DNA from: Minisyncoccota bacterium
GTDB taxonomy: Bacteria; Patescibacteriota; Minisyncoccia; Phycocordibacterales; Phycocordibacteraceae
Direction of reading: 5' to 3'
Length of the DNA stretch: 29,432 nucleotides
Assembly: GCA_035553815.1 (NCBI GenBank)
Contig: DATMJP010000003.1
Coordinates: forward strand, 1 to 29,432
Made by a program: the position numbers and the translations under genes. Each line of letters opens with the position of its first letter. Position 1 is the stretch's first letter. Below, piece by piece: positions 24,882 through 29,432 of this stretch. The notes beneath the pieces are model-generated. The model had not been told where the DNA came from and searched no databases. It saw only the letters and a program-made list of their open reading frames with translations.

Positions 24882-25124
24882 CATGAGGGACGGCCTCGTG
24901 AGGACCTTTCGAAGGCCCTTTTTCATTTACATCCTACATAGAACCCTCTAGGCAAGGCTTGACGGCTTCGGGCACTTCCCCAAGGATCTTCTGGTACCAC
25001 GCTTGTACGTGGTGCGCTGGGAGTCCCCTCAGGCGATTTGTTCACCCGTCCTCTTTTGGACGGACTGCCTGGAGGGTTGTGTGTGGGATAGCAAAAGCCC
25101 CGGGATAGCTCCCGGGGCTTTTGT
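24881..25124 (+). ncRNA. Structured non-coding RNA candidate (6S RNA-like long irregular hairpin)
   Basis: Consensus promoter upstream and terminator downstream. 24931-24954 pairs with 25066-25089 over 24 positions (one G-G mismatch, three G-U). The inner stem 24984-25001/25008-25026 also has G-U pairs, and there is a side hairpin CCGTCC-TCTTTT-GGACGG. The wobbles are valid only on the + strand. The identity is not confirmed. Confidence 0.6.
25092..25123. terminator. Bidirectional intrinsic terminator (pilB / ncRNA)
   Basis: Perfect 14-bp stem CAAAAGCCCCGGGA-TAGC-TCCCGGGGCTTTTG, just past the pilB stop at 25126. Confidence 0.9.
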
Positions 25125-25125
25125 G

Positions 25126-26796
25126 TTATTCGCGCGGAATATCCACCACCTTGAATACTTCTTCGAGGGAGGTGAAGCCGGATATGGCTTTAAGCACGCC
25201 ATCCTGCGCCATGGTGAGATAGCCCTGGCGGCGCGTTGCCTTCTCAATTTCAGCGGCAGACGGCCCCATCTTAAGAAGCTCTGCGAGCTCCTCGTCCATA
25301 AAGATTGCTTCATGCACGCCAAGGCGTCCTTTATAGCCGGTGTCGGTCTCCGTTTCGTGTGCGCTGTATACGTAGTCGAATGACTCAGGCATCTGGGACT
25401 TATCCTCAAGCGATGCAAAGATGCGCTCCATGGCACGCTTCTCCTCGTCTGTCGTCTGGCGCCTGATACGCGTTTCTGGATTGAGGACGCGCACCAATCG
25501 CTGAGCCATCGCAACCGTCACGGCAGACGGAATGGTCTTAGGATCAACGCCAAGATCCATGAGGCGAGGGAACGCACCCGCAGCGTTATTGGTGTGGAGT
25601 GTTGAGAACACAAAGTGTCCGGTGAGTGCGGCCTGGATAGCCGTTTCTGCAACTTCTGAGTCGCGGATCTCGCCGACCATGATGACGTCCGGGTCTTGGC
25701 GCAGTACCGAACGCAAGCCGGAGGCGAATGTGTACTCGCGGCCGTCCGTTTGCGTCTGGACAATGCCAGGGAGATGGTACTCGATAGGGTCCTCGATAGT
25801 GATGATCTTCACATCTGGCGTATGCACGGCACGCAGGAATGAATAGAGAGTCGTCGTCTTACCAGAGCCAGTCGGACCTGTCGTAAGTAGCATGCCGTTA
25901 GGGCGGTGGATCTCAGTTTCAAGGCGCTTATAGAGCTTCTCGTTAAGTCCCATCTCAGCGAATGTCCTTTGAATACCTTCAGGATCAAGGATACGCAGTA
26001 CGATATTCTCACCGTAGTTACCTGGAATAAGCGAGGTGCGGATTTCGATCTCTTTATCGCCAACACCAATACTGAAGCGGCCATCCTGTGCGCGGTTTGC
26101 AATATTAAGCTTCAGTCCTGAGAGGAGCTTGATGCGCGAGGTAAGGAGCTTATATGCGTGCGCATCAAAGAAGAAGACGTCGGTGAGCTGGCCATCAAGA
26201 CGCAGGCGCAGGCGAATAGCATCTTCCTCCGGCTCAATGTGAATGTCAGACGCGCGCAGGGTGAGTGCGCTTGCAAGGAGGCCTTCAAGGAGGCGCGAAG
26301 TCTGTGCGCGATGCTTTGGATCAACTGCGTCGGTAAGGAAGAGTCGTAGCGCGGGCAAATTGTTCAGCTCAGCTGAGAGCTTCTTGAGTTCTTCGCTTTC
26401 AATATCAAAGACGCCCTGCTTGCTCTCTGCTGCAAGCGAGAGATCTGCATAGCGCTCAAATGCTTTTTCGAGCGCGCGCTTGGAAGCTAGCTGCACCTGA
26501 ATAATCAGGCCGCGCAGTTCAAGGTCATGCAGTACCGCCTTCAGTACTTCGTTCTCAGGATTGTGTACCGCAACAAGCGTGTGCTTGCCGGTCTTATCAA
26601 ATACAATCGCTTCCGCTTCGCGCGCCTGCGCCTCAGGTAGAAGGCGCAGCGCGTCCATATTAATAGGGTAGAGGGATAGATCTATGTACGGAATGCCGTA
26701 CTTATCAGCGAGTATGCGCGTGAGGTCTTCCTCCTCATGCTCATATATAGATTTAAGTTTCTCGTTTTCGGCGTCCGTATCGAAATGGCTGGGCAT
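25126..26796 (-). CDS. GspE/PilB-family type IV pilus assembly ATPase (556 aa)
   Basis: ASDIHIEP, QDGRF, Walker A TGPTGSGKTTTL, Asp box TIEDPIEY, Walker B DPDVIMVGEIRD, His box TGHFVFSTLHTN, TGYKGR. The true start is ATG 26796; the ORF-track extension to 27336 is antisense to tsaE. Confidence 0.92.
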   Translation of the reverse strand: MPSHFDTDAENEKLKSIYEHEEEDLTRILADKYGIPYIDLSLYPINMDALRLLPEAQAREAEAIVFDKTGKHTLVAVHNPENEVLKAVLHDLELRGLIIQVQLASKRALEKAFERYADLSLAAESKQGVFDIESEELKKLSAELNNLPALRLFLTDAVDPKHRAQTSRLLEGLLASALTLRASDIHIEPEEDAIRLRLRLDGQLTDVFFFDAHAYKLLTSRIKLLSGLKLNIANRAQDGRFSIGVGDKEIEIRTSLIPGNYGENIVLRILDPEGIQRTFAEMGLNEKLYKRLETEIHRPNGMLLTTGPTGSGKTTTLYSFLRAVHTPDVKIITIEDPIEYHLPGIVQTQTDGREYTFASGLRSVLRQDPDVIMVGEIRDSEVAETAIQAALTGHFVFSTLHTNNAAGAFPRLMDLGVDPKTIPSAVTVAMAQRLVRVLNPETRIRRQTTDEEKRAMERIFASLEDKSQMPESFDYVYSAHETETDTGYKGRLGVHEAIFMDEELAELLKMGPSAAEIEKATRRQGYLTMAQDGVLKAISGFTSLEEVFKVVDIPRE

Positions 26797-26802
26797 GGAG
26801 CT

Positions 26803-26856
26803 ATGATAGCGCGCTCGGAAGCAGCCTGCCATGCTTTTCTTTGTAATTGGTACAAT
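26803..26856. promoter_or_regulatory. Divergent -10 elements of pilB (-) and tsaE (+)
   Basis: Minus TATCAT (26808-26803), 6 nt, ATG 26796. Plus TG-G-TACAAT (26848-56), 6 nt, ATG 26863. Confidence 0.6.
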
Positions 26857-26862
26857 AGGGGT

Positions 26863-27297
26863 ATGGAAAAGGCACTCCCTAGTCTTGAAGCGCTCGAAGC
26901 AGAAGCAAAGACCTTCACGAGAGGGCTTGTACCAAAGGCATCTGGCGCCACGCTCCTTACCCTCTCTGGGGAGCTCGGAGCCGGGAAAACCGCCTTTACC
27001 CAGGCGCTTGCCCGCACGCTGGGAGTTACGGACGCCATAACGAGCCCCACCTTCGTGCTTATGAAGATCTACCAGCTTCCAGAGGAGGCCGCATTCAGGC
27101 GCCTTGTGCATATCGACGCATACCGGCTTCAAGGAAGGGAGGACCTTGCACCGCTCGGATTTGATGAAGTGCTTGAAGACAAGGACAACCTCGTGGTCGT
27201 TGAGTGGCCTCAACAGGTTGACCTTATGCAAAGCGACTACGCGCTCACCCTCATGGTTAATCCTGACGAGAGCCGCACCATAACCTATGGCACCTAA
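26863..27297 (+). CDS. tsaE: tRNA t6A biosynthesis ATPase TsaE
   Basis: LSGELGAGKTAF, ITSPTF, LVHIDAYRL, VVVEWP. The true start is ATG 26863. Confidence 0.95.
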   Translation: MEKALPSLEALEAEAKTFTRGLVPKASGATLLTLSGELGAGKTAFTQALARTLGVTDAITSPTFVLMKIYQLPEEAAFRRLVHIDAYRLQGREDLAPLGFDEVLEDKDNLVVVEWPQQVDLMQSDYALTLMVNPDESRTITYGT

Positions 27298-29432
27298 ACG
27301 AAAGCGGCTCGTACTTCTTGATGCGCACGCGATCATCCATCGCGCGTACCACGCACTTCCAGATTTCCAGGGACCGGATGGTCAGCCAACCGGCGCCCTC
27401 TACGGACTTTCAGCAATGCTGCTTCGCATCATGCAGGATCTCGCGCCAGACTATATCGCTGCTTGTTACGACCTACCGAAACCAACCGTACGCCATGAGG
27501 CGTACGCAGGCTACAAAGCAACGCGCGTAAAGACCGATGATGCGCTTACTACTCAGATCAACACGTCGCGCAAAGTCTTTCAGGCATTTTGCATACCTAT
27601 ATATGAGCGAGAGGGGTTCGAGGCAGACGACATCCTCGGGACGATCGTGGAAGAGCTGAAGGATACGCCGGAGCTTGAGGTGGTGATCGCATCAGGCGAT
27701 ATGGACACGCTTCAGTTGGTCGACGAGAACCGGGTCAAGGTGTATACCCTCAAGAAAGGGCTCAACGACACTATCATGTACGACGAGAAGGCCGTGCGTG
27801 AACGCTTTTTGTTTGATCCGGCACTCATTCCTGACTACAAGGGATTGCGTGGCGACCCCTCAGACAACATCATCGGTGTTCCCGGCATCGGCGAGAAGAC
27901 GGCAACCGAACTCATCACCACCTTTGGCTCAATAGAGGACATATACGCAGCGCTTCATAAGGACGAAGAGAAATTCCTTGCCAAAGGCGTGAAGCCGCGC
28001 ATCATGAATCTCCTCAAAGAGCATGAAGAAGATGCAATCTTTTCAAAGATGCTTGCCACTATACGTACTGATGCGCCGATTGCATTCTCGCTTAAAGACA
28101 CAGCGCGCGAAGATAAAGTCTCACTTCCGAAACTGCTCGCCCTCTTTGATGAGCTGGGATTCCGCTCACTGCGCGGCAGGGCACGCAGCGTACTTTTGAG
28201 CGATGCGGAAGAGGGCGAGGAATCGGAAGAGGAGGAGCGTGTGGAAGAGGATATAGATCCAACCAAACTCTCGGAAGCGAAAGTTATGCTGTGGCTTCTG
28301 ATGTCAGATTTCACTAACCCCACCACTGAGGATGTGCTCGCATACGCAAAGAAGCAAACGTTTGCAGAAGCGTATGACGAGCTGTCCCGTCGCATTAAAG
28401 AAACCGGAAGGCTGCAGGAGGTGTTTGAAACTATTGAGCAGCCGCTCATTCCTGTGCTGCGTCGGTCAGAAGCATGCGGCGTGCTCGTTGATAAAAAAGC
28501 ACTCATCGCACTACGCGACCGCTACCGTGCGGAACTCAGTGAGATAGAAGCACGCATATACAAAGCAGCAGGGAAGGAGTTCAACATCAGCTCGCCTAAA
28601 CAGTTAGGCGACGTGCTCTTTGATGATTTGGAGCTCCGCGTTAAGGGGCAGAAGAAAACTTCGACCGGGCAACGCTCGACCAAGGAATCAGAGCTTGAGA
28701 AGTTGCGCGAGCTCCATCCGATCATTAGCGACATCCTTGAATACCGTCAGATACAAAAGCTCCTTTCAACCTATGTCGAAAGCATCCCGCCATTGCTTGA
28801 TGGTGATGGACGCCTGCATACGGAGTTCATACAGACCGGCACCACAACTGGCCGCATGGCGAGCCAGAATCCTAACCTGCAGAATATTCCGATCCGCACA
28901 GAGCGCGGGCGCTTGATTCGAAACGCATTCATTGCACCTAAGGGCTCAACACTTCTCGCGCTTGATTATTCGCAGATTGAATTGCGCCTCGCGGCGATTC
29001 TCTCTGGCGACGAGAAGCTCATTGAGATTTTCAAGTCAGGCCGCGACGTGCACCAGGAAGTCGCTGCTGCCGTGTTTGGTGTGCCAAGCACTGAAGTAGA
29101 TCGAGAGATGCGCAGGCGCGCAAAGATTATCAACTTCGGTATTCTCTACGGCATGGGCGTAAATGCACTGCGCACACAGCTCGGCACCACTACCGGAGAT
29201 GCCCATCGTTTCTACGACGACTACTTCGCCACGTTCACGCGCCTCGCTGAATACTTGGAAGAGACGAAGGGCTTTGCACGCAAGAACGGCTACACAGAAA
29301 CGCTGTTCGGCCGCCGCCGTCAGTTCCCAGAAATGCGCTCGCCGCTACCGTACGTGCGCGCACAGGCGGAACGCATGGCGATCAATGCGCCGATCCAAGG
29401 TACGCAGGCAGACATCATCAAGCGTGCGATGG
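27287..29432 (+). CDS. polA: DNA polymerase I, 3' end outside window
   Basis: Manual translation from ATG 27287: LVLLDAHAIIHRAYHALP, GFEADD, SGDMD, GDPSDNIIGVPGIGEKTA (5'-3' exonuclease); FNISSPKQL, TTTGRMASQNPNLQNIP, DYSQIELR, AKIINFGILYG (family A polymerase). Not in the ORF track because it runs off the edge. Confidence 0.96.
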   Translation, partial: MAPKRKRLVLLDAHAIIHRAYHALPDFQGPDGQPTGALYGLSAMLLRIMQDLAPDYIAACYDLPKPTVRHEAYAGYKATRVKTDDALTTQINTSRKVFQAFCIPIYEREGFEADDILGTIVEELKDTPELEVVIASGDMDTLQLVDENRVKVYTLKKGLNDTIMYDEKAVRERFLFDPALIPDYKGLRGDPSDNIIGVPGIGEKTATELITTFGSIEDIYAALHKDEEKFLAKGVKPRIMNLLKEHEEDAIFSKMLATIRTDAPIAFSLKDTAREDKVSLPKLLALFDELGFRSLRGRARSVLLSDAEEGEESEEEERVEEDIDPTKLSEAKVMLWLLMSDFTNPTTEDVLAYAKKQTFAEAYDELSRRIKETGRLQEVFETIEQPLIPVLRRSEACGVLVDKKALIALRDRYRAELSEIEARIYKAAGKEFNISSPKQLGDVLFDDLELRVKGQKKTSTGQRSTKESELEKLRELHPIISDILEYRQIQKLLSTYVESIPPLLDGDGRLHTEFIQTGTTTGRMASQNPNLQNIPIRTERGRLIRNAFIAPKGSTLLALDYSQIELRLAAILSGDEKLIEIFKSGRDVHQEVAAAVFGVPSTEVDREMRRRAKIINFGILYGMGVNALRTQLGTTTGDAHRFYDDYFATFTRLAEYLEETKGFARKNGYTETLFGRRRQFPEMRSPLPYVRAQAERMAINAPIQGTQADIIKRAM

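Noticed and set aside
24931-25089. tRNA, SRP RNA, tmRNA, RNase P RNA or MITE as the identity of the intergenic hairpin
   Set aside because: No cloverleaf or TTCGA arm context, no SRP GNRA/CAGG-AGCA loop, no tRNA-like ends or tag ORF, no GAGGAAAGUCC. The terminal repeats have strand-specific G-U pairs and no target-site duplication.
25003-25514. ORFs 25003-25383 and 25029-25514 on the + strand
   Set aside because: They cross a strong terminator and run antisense to pilB; no coding signal.
26797-27336. 180-aa N-terminal extension of the PilB ATPase and 42-aa extension of TsaE
   Set aside because: They mutually overlap on opposite strands; both genes have clear -10 boxes 6 nt before the internal ATGs.
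1-29432. CRISPR arrays, rRNA, tRNA, IS elements
   Set aside because: No regularly spaced repeats, stable-RNA signatures or transposase motifs were seen by eye.

Overview
Core-chromosome window around the replication origin of a bacterium using genetic code 11. The gene architecture (short YidC, short YebC, Pol I without a proofreading domain, PrgI/VirB4/VirB6/VirB2-like cluster, almost no Shine-Dalgarno sites) suggests Patescibacteria/CPR, probably Parcubacteria; this is inference. Order: LysM-repeat gene (partial, -), pcrA/uvrD, rsmA/ksgA, a 12.4-kb co-directional cluster of 11 genes resembling a monoderm-type type IV secretion/conjugation pore but with no relaxase, coupling protein or integrase in view, then yidC-rnpA-rpmH (-), dnaA, oriC, dnaN, a DciA/DUF721-like gene, a class A PBP (-), an acidic microprotein, ruvC-yebC-ruvB (-), a ~245-nt structured intergenic RNA candidate behind a near-consensus sigma70 promoter, a solitary PilB/GspE ATPase (-), tsaE and polA (partial). 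Highlights: (1) the unannotated, possibly 6S-like ncRNA at 24881-25124; (2) the apparently domesticated T4SS-like locus with a split VirB4 and a pilin fused to a duplicated Cys-rich domain; (3) -10 boxes 6-9 nt before start codons across the window, implying leaderless translation; (4) an attenuator-like leader and a missing canonical start codon on the LysM gene; (5) oriC boxes dominated by the variant YTDTCCCCA. All calls come from reading the sequence and from remembered family motifs. No database search or folding program was run.
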